A stretch of DNA of 64,000 nt, taken from contig ONLU01000019.1 of the NCBI GenBank assembly GCA_900318795.1, positions 178 to 64,177 of the forward strand. The letters are read 5' to 3'. Below are positions 47,453-55,648 of the stretch, one piece after another. The notes under the pieces were generated by a model. The model was given only the letters and a program-made list of their open reading frames with translations. It made no database searches and had not been told where the DNA came from. The stretch comes from an uncultured Prevotellaceae bacterium (GTDB lineage: Bacteria > Bacteroidota > Bacteroidia > Bacteroidales > Bacteroidaceae). Position 1 is the first letter of the stretch, and every line of letters starts with the position of its first letter. The position numbers were made by a program, and so were the translations under genes.

Positions 47453-48490
47453 TTACTTAAACGTCACCTTACTGAATGCGGGGGCATCAATACCACAGAA
47501 CTCACCATCCAAATACTTGTAATACCCCACGATACCAATCATAGCCGCATTGTCAGTGGTATAACTGAACTTAGGAATGTACACTGTCCAACCGAAACGA
47601 TGGGCATAATCGTGAAATGCATTGCGCAACCCATTGTTGGCACTAACACCACCTGCGACAGCAACATGGGTGACTCCTGTCTGGTTGACTGCCAATTTAA
47701 GTTTCTTCATCAAAATGTCCACAATAGTCCACTCCAATGAGGCAGCAATGTCCTCCTTGTGATGTTCTACAAAATCCGGATCGTCTTCCACCCACTTACG
47801 CAGGTTGTAGAGGAACGACGTCTTCAGCCCTGAGAAGCTATAGTCAAGACCTGGAATATGAGGCTCAGCAAACTGATAAGCTTTCGGATTGCCCTGACGG
47901 GCTAATTTGTCAATAATAGGACCTCCAGGATATCCCAATCCCATCACCTTCGAACATTTGTCAATAGCCTCACCTGCAGCATCATCAATCGTCTGCCCCA
48001 GTACTTCCATATCGTTATAGGCACGTACTAACACTATCTGCGAATTACCACCAGACACCAGCAGACAAATAAACGGCAATGGTGGCTGACTCCGGTCATC
48101 GTCAGACTCCTTGATAAAATGAGCCATTACATGCCCTTGCAAGTGGTTGACGTCGATGAGGGGAATACCCAGCGAACGAGCAAAACCCTTGGCAAAGTTG
48201 ACACCCACCAGCAAGGACCCCATCAACCCAGGTCCTCGGGTAAAAGCAACTGCCGTGAGCTGCTCCTTCGTAATGCCGGCCCGTTTGATCGCCTCACTAA
48301 CCACAGGCACAACATTCTGCTGGTGTGCCCTTGAAGCCAACTCGGGAACAACACCGCCATATGCCTCGTGTACAGCCTGAGAAGCCGTCACATTAGACAG
48401 CAGCACGCCATTTCGAAGCACTGCAGCCGACGTATCGTCACACGAACTCTCTATACCTATTATATATAAATCTTTCTGTTCCACTTTCAA
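47453..48490 (-). CDS. tsaD: tRNA N6-threonylcarbamoyltransferase
   Basis: GIESSCDDT, GGVVPELASRAH, GPGL, NHLQGH, DDAAGEA, SFSGLKT and TDNAAMI motifs. Confidence 0.96.
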   Translation of the reverse strand: MKVEQKDLYIIGIESSCDDTSAAVLRNGVLLSNVTASQAVHEAYGGVVPELASRAHQQNVVPVVSEAIKRAGITKEQLTAVAFTRGPGLMGSLLVGVNFAKGFARSLGIPLIDVNHLQGHVMAHFIKESDDDRSQPPLPFICLLVSGGNSQIVLVRAYNDMEVLGQTIDDAAGEAIDKCSKVMGLGYPGGPIIDKLARQGNPKAYQFAEPHIPGLDYSFSGLKTSFLYNLRKWVEDDPDFVEHHKEDIAASLEWTIVDILMKKLKLAVNQTGVTHVAVAGGVSANNGLRNAFHDYAHRFGWTVYIPKFSYTTDNAAMIGIVGYYKYLDGEFCGIDAPAFSKVTFK

Positions 48491-48497
48491 TTATCAA

Positions 48498-49352
48498 TTA
48501 GTACGTCAGTATCTCTACACCATGTTCTGTCATCAGCAAAGTATGCTCCCATTGAGCGCTTGGTAACTCATCTTCAGAGATAACCTCCCAGCCATACGGA
48601 TCGTCTGCATCGATGAAAACCTTCCAAGTTCCCATATTAATCATGGGCTCTATAGTAAAGACCATACCCGGAACGAGCAACATACCATCTCCCTTCTGGG
48701 CAAAGTGGCACACCTCGGGTTCTTCGTGGAAGGCGTTCCCTACTCCATGACCACACAAGTCGCGTACAACACCATAGTGATACTTTTTGGCGTGCTTCTC
48801 GATAGCCTTACCTATCGCATTGACATAGCCCCAAGGTTTTGCTGCCTCCATACCGATCTCCAAACACTCCTTGGTGACACGAACCAGTTGTTCCTTCTCT
48901 GGTGTCGTCTTACCTATTATATACATACGCGAGGCATCGGCATAGTAACCATCCAAGATTGTCGTGAAATCGACATTAATAATATCACCCTCCTCCAGAA
49001 TGTCATCAGCTTTGGGAATTCCATGGCACACCACTTCATTGATACTAGTGCATACTGACATCGGGAATCCCTCATAGTTCAAGCACGCAGGAATAGCCCG
49101 GTGTTGCTCGCAATATTCGCGGCAAATCTGATCTATTTCCAACGTCGACATTCCCGCATGTATAACTTTACCCACAGCATCTAGCACGCCAGTATTCACA
49201 ACACCAGCCCTACGAATGCCCTCTATTTGTTCTGGAGTCTTGATTAAGTCACGTGTAGGAACCAAGACCCCCTTGTTTTCCAAGTACATGATGCGTTTGT
49301 CCAGCTCTGTCGGCTGTTCGCCCGGCTTACAATGCCATCTTCTTTTCACCAT
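48498..49352 (-). CDS. map: Methionine aminopeptidase type I
   Basis: CTSINEVVCHGIP, GHGVG...FHEEP, FTIEPMIN and SAQWEHT motifs. Confidence 0.95.
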   Translation of the reverse strand: MVKRRWHCKPGEQPTELDKRIMYLENKGVLVPTRDLIKTPEQIEGIRRAGVVNTGVLDAVGKVIHAGMSTLEIDQICREYCEQHRAIPACLNYEGFPMSVCTSINEVVCHGIPKADDILEEGDIINVDFTTILDGYYADASRMYIIGKTTPEKEQLVRVTKECLEIGMEAAKPWGYVNAIGKAIEKHAKKYHYGVVRDLCGHGVGNAFHEEPEVCHFAQKGDGMLLVPGMVFTIEPMINMGTWKVFIDADDPYGWEVISEDELPSAQWEHTLLMTEHGVEILTY

Positions 49353-49426
49353 AGTCTTTACGAATTTGAGTGCAAAGGTACGAATAAAAAAAGAATTAAA
49401 ATTAAGAATTAAGATTTATTATCCGT

Positions 49427-49443
49427 TTGGCACGATATTTGCA
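49427..49443 (+). promoter_or_regulatory. Sigma-54 (-24/-12) promoter upstream of htpG
   Basis: TTGGCACG-ATAT-TTGCA matches TGGCACG-N4-TTGC, 45 bp before the ATG. Confidence 0.75.
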
Positions 49444-49488
49444 GGTTACGGAGCAGAAATCAAAATAATAATATAAAATAAATAGGAT

Positions 49489-51549
49489 ATGCAAAAAGGT
49501 AACATCGGGGTTACGACTGAGAACATTTTCCCCGTCATCAAAAAGTTCCTCTATTCTGATCATGAGATTTTCCTGCGTGAGATGGTCAGCAACGCTGTTG
49601 ACGCAACGCAGAAGTTGAAGACACTGGCTCAGCAGGGCGAGTTCAAGGATGAACTCGGCGACTTGACCGTACACGTAGCATTGGATACGGACAAGGGAAC
49701 TATCACTATCTCTGACCGCGGTATCGGTATGACCGAGGAGGAGATTGACAAGTACATCAACCAGATTGCCTTCTCGGGCGTTAACGACTTCTTGGAGAAA
49801 TATAAGGACAACGCCAACAACATCATCGGCCACTTCGGACTGGGCTTTTACTCGTCATTTATGGTTTCGAAGAAGGTGGAGATTATCACCAAGAGTTACA
49901 AGAACGGCGCAAAGGCCGTCAAATGGAGTTGTGACGGAAGCCCCGCCTACGAGATTGACGAGGCAGATAAGGAAGGCCGTGGTTCTGACATCATCCTCTA
50001 TGTAGACGATGACTGCAAGGAGTTCCTCGAAAAGGAGCGTATACAGCAGTTACTCAACAAGTATTGTAAGTTTATGGCTATTCCTGTAGCCTTCGGCAAA
50101 AAACAGGAATGGTCTAGTGAGAAGAAAGAGATGGTAGACACCCAGGAGGACAACATCATTAACAGCGTTGAACCACTGTGGGCCAAGGCTCCTTCAAGTC
50201 TGAAAGACGAAGACTATAAATCGTTCTACCGCACTCTCTACCCCATGAGCGACGAACCTATGTTCTGGATTCACCTAAACGTGGACTATCCGTTCAACCT
50301 GACAGGTATCCTGTACTTCCCCCGCATCAAGTCCAACATCGACTTACAGCGCAACAAGATACAACTATACTGCAACCAAGTATTTGTCACCGACCAAGTA
50401 GAGGGCATCGTACCTGAGTTCCTGACGCTGTTGCACGGTGTCATTGACTCGCCAGACATTCCCCTGAACGTCTCTCGTTCTTATCTTCAGAGCGACCGGG
50501 AAGTGAAGAAAATTTCTACTTATATCACCAAGAAAGTAGCAGACCGCCTGCAGGCTATCTTCAAAGAAGACCGCAAGCAGTACGAAGAGAAATGGGACGA
50601 TTTGAAGCTGTTCATCAACTACGGAATGCTGTCAGAAGAGTCGTTCTACGACCGCGCAAAAGAGTTCGCCCTGTTCAAGGACGTAGAAGGTAAATACTTT
50701 ACCTTTGATGAATACAAGACACTCATCGAAGGAACCCAGAAGGACAAAGACGGCAATCTCATCTATCTCTACGCTACCGACAAGGAGGAACAGTACAGTT
50801 ATATTCAGGCAGCCAAGGACAAAGGTTACAGCGTGCTACTGCTGGACGGCCAGCTTGATGTTCCAGCTATTCAGATGCTGGAGCAGAAGTTCGAGAAGTC
50901 ACGCTTCACACGTGTCGACTCTGACATCATAGACCGCCTCATCATTAAAGAGGACCAACAGAAATCCAACTTGACAGAGGACGAGTCTGCCAATTTGTCA
51001 CAAGTATTCCGTTCGCAGATGCCAAAAATGGAAAAGACGGAATTCATGGTCGAGGTGCAGTCGTTAGGCGAAAGTCAGCGCCCCGTTGTCATTACACAAA
51101 ACGAATGGATGCGTCGTATGAAGGAGATGAGCCGCTTCCAGCAGGGCATGAATTTCTATGCTCAGATGCCCGACTCGATGAATCTGGTACTGAACAGCGA
51201 CCATCCGCTGATAAAGCGTGTGCTTGACGACTGCAAAGCTACAACAGAAGAGACACTGAAGCCCATCGAATCAGAACTGAAAGGTCAAGAGGCCCGTCTG
51301 GCCGCCATCCGTCAGCAGCAGGAAAAGAAGAAGCCTGAGGAACTGACACAGGACGATAAGGACATGAAAGCTGAGACCGAGAAAGCTGTTGAAGAACAAA
51401 AGCAGAAGAAGCAGGACGTTCTGAGCAACTATGCCGCCAAGAACGACATAGTACACCAGCTCATCGACTTGGCATTGTTGCAGAACGGCATGCTGAAGGG
51501 TGAGGCTTTGGACAAGTTCCTCAAGCGTTCAGTAGATCTCATCAAATAA
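49489..51549 (+). CDS. htpG: Chaperone HtpG (Hsp90)
   Basis: LYSDHEIFLREMVSNAVDA, DRGIGMT, IGHFGLGFYSSFMV and PLNVSRS motifs. Confidence 0.96.
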   Translation: MQKGNIGVTTENIFPVIKKFLYSDHEIFLREMVSNAVDATQKLKTLAQQGEFKDELGDLTVHVALDTDKGTITISDRGIGMTEEEIDKYINQIAFSGVNDFLEKYKDNANNIIGHFGLGFYSSFMVSKKVEIITKSYKNGAKAVKWSCDGSPAYEIDEADKEGRGSDIILYVDDDCKEFLEKERIQQLLNKYCKFMAIPVAFGKKQEWSSEKKEMVDTQEDNIINSVEPLWAKAPSSLKDEDYKSFYRTLYPMSDEPMFWIHLNVDYPFNLTGILYFPRIKSNIDLQRNKIQLYCNQVFVTDQVEGIVPEFLTLLHGVIDSPDIPLNVSRSYLQSDREVKKISTYITKKVADRLQAIFKEDRKQYEEKWDDLKLFINYGMLSEESFYDRAKEFALFKDVEGKYFTFDEYKTLIEGTQKDKDGNLIYLYATDKEEQYSYIQAAKDKGYSVLLLDGQLDVPAIQMLEQKFEKSRFTRVDSDIIDRLIIKEDQQKSNLTEDESANLSQVFRSQMPKMEKTEFMVEVQSLGESQRPVVITQNEWMRRMKEMSRFQQGMNFYAQMPDSMNLVLNSDHPLIKRVLDDCKATTEETLKPIESELKGQEARLAAIRQQQEKKKPEELTQDDKDMKAETEKAVEEQKQKKQDVLSNYAAKNDIVHQLIDLALLQNGMLKGEALDKFLKRSVDLIK

Positions 51550-51582
51550 GAAAGAACAAATAAAAGATTGTATCAGGATAAT

Positions 51583-51617
51583 AAAGAAAGCTCCCAAACC
51601 TATTGGGAGCTTCTTTT
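51583..51617 (+). terminator. Intrinsic terminator after htpG
   Basis: AGCTCCCAA-ACCTA-TTGGGAGCT-TCTTTT. Confidence 0.75.
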
Positions 51618-51641
51618 ATGCTCCAGAGGCACATATACAAC

Positions 51642-51670
51642 AAGGAGAGAGGCATATACCTCTCTCCTTT
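51642..51670 (-). terminator. Hairpin downstream of tRNA-Arg
   Basis: AAGGAGAGAGG-CATATA-CCTCTCTCCTT. Confidence 0.7.
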
Positions 51671-51671
51671 G

Positions 51672-51745
51672 TGATTCCGGCGGGATTCAAACCCACAACC
51701 TTCTGATCCGTAGTCAGATGCTCTATTCAGTTGAGCTACGGAACC
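51672..51745 (-). tRNA. tRNA-Arg(ACG)
   Basis: GGTTCCGTAGCTCAACTGAATAGAGCATCTGACTACGGATCAGAAGGTTGTGGGTTTGAATCCCGCCGGAATCA; promoter motif at 51811-51818. Confidence 0.92.
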
Positions 51746-51981
51746 TCCCTTGGCTCCTTAGAAATGATTTTATTAACCGAAGTCTCTATTTCATTTCTGA
51801 TTTGCGGGTGCAAAGGTACGGAGTTTTTCTGAAACCACCAAATTTTTTTCGACTTTTTTTTAAAAAAAGAAGCAAATCATACAAAAAAACTGCTTCCTGA
51901 TGAGTTATTTAGTACATTCTGCTTACCACAATATACTTTTAATGCAACTTATTCTATCTCATTGTCAACATCTGCAATATG

Positions 51982-52902
51982 TTAGATAGGCAAGGAGAGC
52001 ACAAAGCGTGAACCAGGTGCTTCCTTGGTAGTATCGAGCACCACATCACCTCCTAAACGTCGGGCAATATTGCGGGCCACGGTGAGTCCAATGCCCTGAC
52101 CATCGAAATACTGGTTGAGTTTGACGTAGGGTTCAAAGATGTGCTCAGCCTCGGTAGAATCGATACCTATTCCAGTATCTTCAACAGTATAGACGGCCAG
52201 CATCTTGTCCATGTCGACATTGACATTCAGGGTCACTGTGCCATCGGTAGTGAACTTCTGGGCATTGTCCAACAGATGAGCCAAAGCACGCACAGCCTTC
52301 GGCTGGCTGGTGAGCAACATGGTTACAGCGGCAGAATAATCTACAACCTGCTCGAACTTAATGTACTGAGCCTTATCAATACCCGTGAGAGCAACAGCCT
52401 CGTCAGCAATCTGTGTCACCATCACATTATCAGTATGCTCAATGGGAGGCATATTGTCCTGCATATCGTCAAGGTCAGTCACCTTGCCTACAAGCGCTGA
52501 GAGTTTACTGTCACTCTGAGCCAAAACCTGCAGGTCGCTGATTACTTGAGCCATTACCTCAGCCTTCTTCCGAATGCTCTCCTGCATGTGGCTGTTGGTT
52601 TCCTGCAGTGAGGCCACGGTTTTCTGAAGTGCTTCATTAGCCTTCCGGACCTTCTCCTGCTCTTCGTTCATCTTGTCGAAAGCCAACAGAGCCTGCTCGT
52701 AGCCTTCACCAACATTGTCAAAATTCTTCTCCAATGCACGGTAGTCGCCTAGCAGTTTTTGCTGCTCGTCCACACGGCGCTGATAATCTGCCAGCAGCTG
52801 CTGTTGTTCAGCAGTTTGCTTCTTGCCTGCCTGACTCTGTGAATAGAGCATGTAACCAAGCAGGACTACAATGAGGACTAAAACAATTACTACGTATGTC
52901 AT
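51982..52902 (-). CDS. Membrane-anchored HATPase_c kinase-like protein without a recognisable H-box
   Basis: N-terminal TM and coiled coil; N box (LLDNAQKFT), G1 (EDTGIG), F (IFEPY) and G2 (GQGIGL) present. Confidence 0.8.
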   Translation of the reverse strand: MTYVVIVLVLIVVLLGYMLYSQSQAGKKQTAEQQQLLADYQRRVDEQQKLLGDYRALEKNFDNVGEGYEQALLAFDKMNEEQEKVRKANEALQKTVASLQETNSHMQESIRKKAEVMAQVISDLQVLAQSDSKLSALVGKVTDLDDMQDNMPPIEHTDNVMVTQIADEAVALTGIDKAQYIKFEQVVDYSAAVTMLLTSQPKAVRALAHLLDNAQKFTTDGTVTLNVNVDMDKMLAVYTVEDTGIGIDSTEAEHIFEPYVKLNQYFDGQGIGLTVARNIARRLGGDVVLDTTKEAPGSRFVLSLPI

Positions 52903-52917
52903 AGCGGGTTCTTGTTA

Positions 52918-53229
52918 TTACTCGGCTTTTTTCTCAACCTTCATAAACTTGGTAAATCCAGTCATCGCCAACACCTTATAGATTTCAGGGCTCACATTGG
53001 TCATCTTGAATTGGCCTTTCTGCTGCATAACGGTACGCATAGTCTTCTGAATGATGCGAAGGCCAGAAGAAGCCATGTAGTTGAGGTCTGAACAATCCAT
53101 TTCAAGATCAACGCCTCCATCCGCCAGAGCGGGTTGGATGTCTTGTTCAAACTGAGGGGCATTCATCGTGTCAATACGTTCGCCTGTCTTAATGATGGTC
53201 TTACCACCTTCTTTGATAATCTGTGTCAT
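52918..53229 (-). CDS. STAS-domain anti-anti-sigma factor (RsbV/SpoIIAA-like)
   Basis: RIDTMNAPQF, DCSDLNYMASSGLR and VLAMTGF motifs. Confidence 0.88.
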   Translation of the reverse strand: MTQIIKEGGKTIIKTGERIDTMNAPQFEQDIQPALADGGVDLEMDCSDLNYMASSGLRIIQKTMRTVMQQKGQFKMTNVSPEIYKVLAMTGFTKFMKVEKKAE

Positions 53230-53267
53230 AATGCTATAATTTTTAATTGCTATTGTTTATTTTTGAT

Positions 53268-53675
53268 TTAAATATCTTTCTTCATGGTGAGCAGATTCTT
53301 GCCGTCTAAACGCTGATAGGTGACCTGATTCATGATATTCTTGACAATAAAGATACCCATGCCTCCTATTTCGCGCTCCATAGGATTCACGTCGGGGTCT
53401 GCGTCCTCCTTTGCCGTAGGGTCAAACTCCTTACCATGGTCGCTCAACATAAATGTCAGTTCCTTACCGTTGCTTTCAGCCACCAACTCTATGTCGGCCG
53501 TCTTGCCTTCAGGATAAGCATAGAAGATGACATTTGACACCATCTCCTCCATCACCAGATTAAGGTTCATCTGCAACTCCATGTCGAGCCCCAGTTCTAC
53601 GCCAATTTCTTCGATGAACTGGTTGACCCGTTCTAATTCACCGATCCGGTTCTTTATGTTCAGCTTTTTATTCAT
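53268..53675 (-). CDS. Anti-sigma factor / Ser kinase (RsbW-like, HATPase_c_2)
   Basis: LVMEEMVSNVIFYAY, DHGKEFDP and IGGMGIFIVKNIM motifs. Confidence 0.88.
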   Translation of the reverse strand: MNKKLNIKNRIGELERVNQFIEEIGVELGLDMELQMNLNLVMEEMVSNVIFYAYPEGKTADIELVAESNGKELTFMLSDHGKEFDPTAKEDADPDVNPMEREIGGMGIFIVKNIMNQVTYQRLDGKNLLTMKKDI

Positions 53676-53725
53676 AAACACATTTGTTTTTAGTCATCAG
53701 TTTTCATCTTAACACCCCCATACAA

Positions 53726-54610
53726 CTAGACGATAATACGGGTTTTATGGTAGTTTTCGCGGAACTCAGAAGGTGAGCATCCTTTGCGTTTCTTAAATAT
53801 GCGGTTGAAGTTGCTTAGGTTGTTGAAGCCACTTTGGTAACTGATTTCTGCAATACCCTTCGAAGTATCTACTAATAGACGACTGGCATAACCCAGGCGT
53901 TGCTCTATGATATATTCTGACAGATTGCGCCCTGTGTGGAGTTTAAAGAAACGGCTGAACGCCGAAGGGCTCATTCCTGCAATCTCAGCCAGCGTAGTCA
54001 GCCGTATCTCATCCATATAGTTCTTAGCTATATAGTTCTTTACCTTCAGCACACGGCGTGAGTCGCTCTCCACTTCAACTTTTGCATAGCTTGAAGTTGC
54101 CAGTGGACGGTAATGGGTGCTCTTGGACAACTCATGAAGAATGGTCATGAACTGCATGACGGCATAGAAACCGTCTTTGATGGAACTAAGCGTATCGATA
54201 AGATGATAGACGCGCATGATGTCTTCCATTGGGAATGACAGACCTTTGCGTGCTTCCTGTAGCATCTTGCGCATAGAGAAAAAAGGATTGCGCGAAAGCA
54301 TGCCATCTTCGCTCATATCCAAATAAAACTGAACGGTTACCTCGCGGATATCCTCGCTGGTGCAGATATTTTGCTCCCAAACGTGTTCCAAATCAGGCGA
54401 GGTGATGAGCACCAAGTCATACTCTCCTATCACCTCGTTTGAGTCTCCCACAATTCGCCGTACTCCAGAAGCATGCTCCACGTAGTTCAACTCGAAAACC
54501 TCATGGTTATGTATGGGATAAGTAAACTCTTTCTTTCTGCGGTCAGCAATGTAGAGAGCATCTTTTCCCATTAACGGGGTAATTTCGTGTATGACTCTTG
54601 GCTCGTCCAT
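53726..54610 (-). CDS. AraC-family regulator (cupin plus HTH)
   Basis: YPIHNHEVFELN cupin; MSPSAFSRFFK...GFNNLSNFNRIFK. Confidence 0.9.
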   Translation of the reverse strand: MDEPRVIHEITPLMGKDALYIADRRKKEFTYPIHNHEVFELNYVEHASGVRRIVGDSNEVIGEYDLVLITSPDLEHVWEQNICTSEDIREVTVQFYLDMSEDGMLSRNPFFSMRKMLQEARKGLSFPMEDIMRVYHLIDTLSSIKDGFYAVMQFMTILHELSKSTHYRPLATSSYAKVEVESDSRRVLKVKNYIAKNYMDEIRLTTLAEIAGMSPSAFSRFFKLHTGRNLSEYIIEQRLGYASRLLVDTSKGIAEISYQSGFNNLSNFNRIFKKRKGCSPSEFRENYHKTRIIV

Positions 54611-54619
54611 AACTCTCTA

Positions 54620-55507
54620 CTAAATCTTGAGTTCCTTCATGATTTCACTCATACGCTGCAGCGTAGAGATACGGGTGGGCACCAAAGGCAAGCGGAGCAC
54701 ATTTTCTATATACCCCATCTCGTGCAGCATAGCCTTTACACCAGCAGGATTACCATCAACAAAAAGCAAAGAAAATAAGTCGATGAAGCGATGATGTATC
54801 TTGCGGGCAGGATCGTACTCACCCTTCATCTGCAAGCGAATCATCTTTGAGAACTCCTTGGGCAACGCATTGCCAATGACACTGATGACCCCTACAGCGC
54901 CACAACTAATCATAGGAAAAGTCAGTGCGTCATCACCAGAAATCACATCGAACGAAGCTGGTTTGTTCTTGATGATCTCGTCAACCTGCTCCAGATTACC
55001 TGATGCCTCCTTAATAGCAACAATATTTTCGCAGTCACGAGCCAAGCGAACAGTTGTCGCTGCACTCATATTTACACCAGTTCGACCAGGAACATTATAC
55101 AACACGACAGGCAACCTAGTAGCATTTGCTATAGCCTTAAAGTGCTGATAGAGTCCCTCCTGAGAGGGTTTATTGTAATACGGACACACGCTCAGTATGC
55201 CATCGATTCCCTGAAAGTCACGAGTCTGCAGTTCCTCGATGATTGCAGCTGTATTGTTACCACCACATCCCATCAAGATGGGCACACGCCCACGTACAAG
55301 ACTCACAATCGTTTCCTTGATTTTCTGTTTTTCCTCGGCAGTCAGCGTAGGAGTTTCACCTGTTGTTGCCAGAATGCATAGAAAGTCTGCCCCATTATTC
55401 AATTGATATTCTACCAATCGAATCAGCGACTTATAGTCTACCGCTCCGTCTTTGGCGAAAGGGGTTACCAATGCTATTCCCAGTCCTTTGAAAATATTAC
55501 GTACCAT
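54620..55507 (-). CDS. dapA: 4-hydroxy-tetrahydrodipicolinate synthase
   Basis: ALVTPF, TTGET, PYYNKPSQ, YNVPGRTG, IKEASG and SGDD motifs. Confidence 0.96.
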   Translation of the reverse strand: MVRNIFKGLGIALVTPFAKDGAVDYKSLIRLVEYQLNNGADFLCILATTGETPTLTAEEKQKIKETIVSLVRGRVPILMGCGGNNTAAIIEELQTRDFQGIDGILSVCPYYNKPSQEGLYQHFKAIANATRLPVVLYNVPGRTGVNMSAATTVRLARDCENIVAIKEASGNLEQVDEIIKNKPASFDVISGDDALTFPMISCGAVGVISVIGNALPKEFSKMIRLQMKGEYDPARKIHHRFIDLFSLLFVDGNPAGVKAMLHEMGYIENVLRLPLVPTRISTLQRMSEIMKELKI

Positions 55508-55610
55508 AAAAATATTTAAGAATTCTTACTTATTGTGTGCAAAAGTAAGAAATTTAATTGTAAACACACACCTTTTTGCTTAAAAAATGTAGTTTTGCAT
55601 CACAATTTGC

Positions 55611-55646
55611 AAAAAGAGGGCGTGTCAAATTTGACACACCCTCTTG
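55611..55646. terminator. GAGGG(T/C)GTGTCA hairpin (terminator or REP-like) after glgB
   Basis: AAGAGGGCGTGTCAA-AT-TTGACACACCCTCTT. Confidence 0.7.
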
Positions 55647-55648
55647 GT

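Noticed and set aside
51672-51745. TTTGAAT T-loop suggesting a pseudo-tRNA
   Set aside because: Stems, promoter and downstream hairpin are intact; treated as a tolerated variant
51750-54610. Genomic island next to tRNA-Arg
   Set aside because: The genes lie on the tRNA 5' side, with no integrase or att duplication, and are contiguous with dapA
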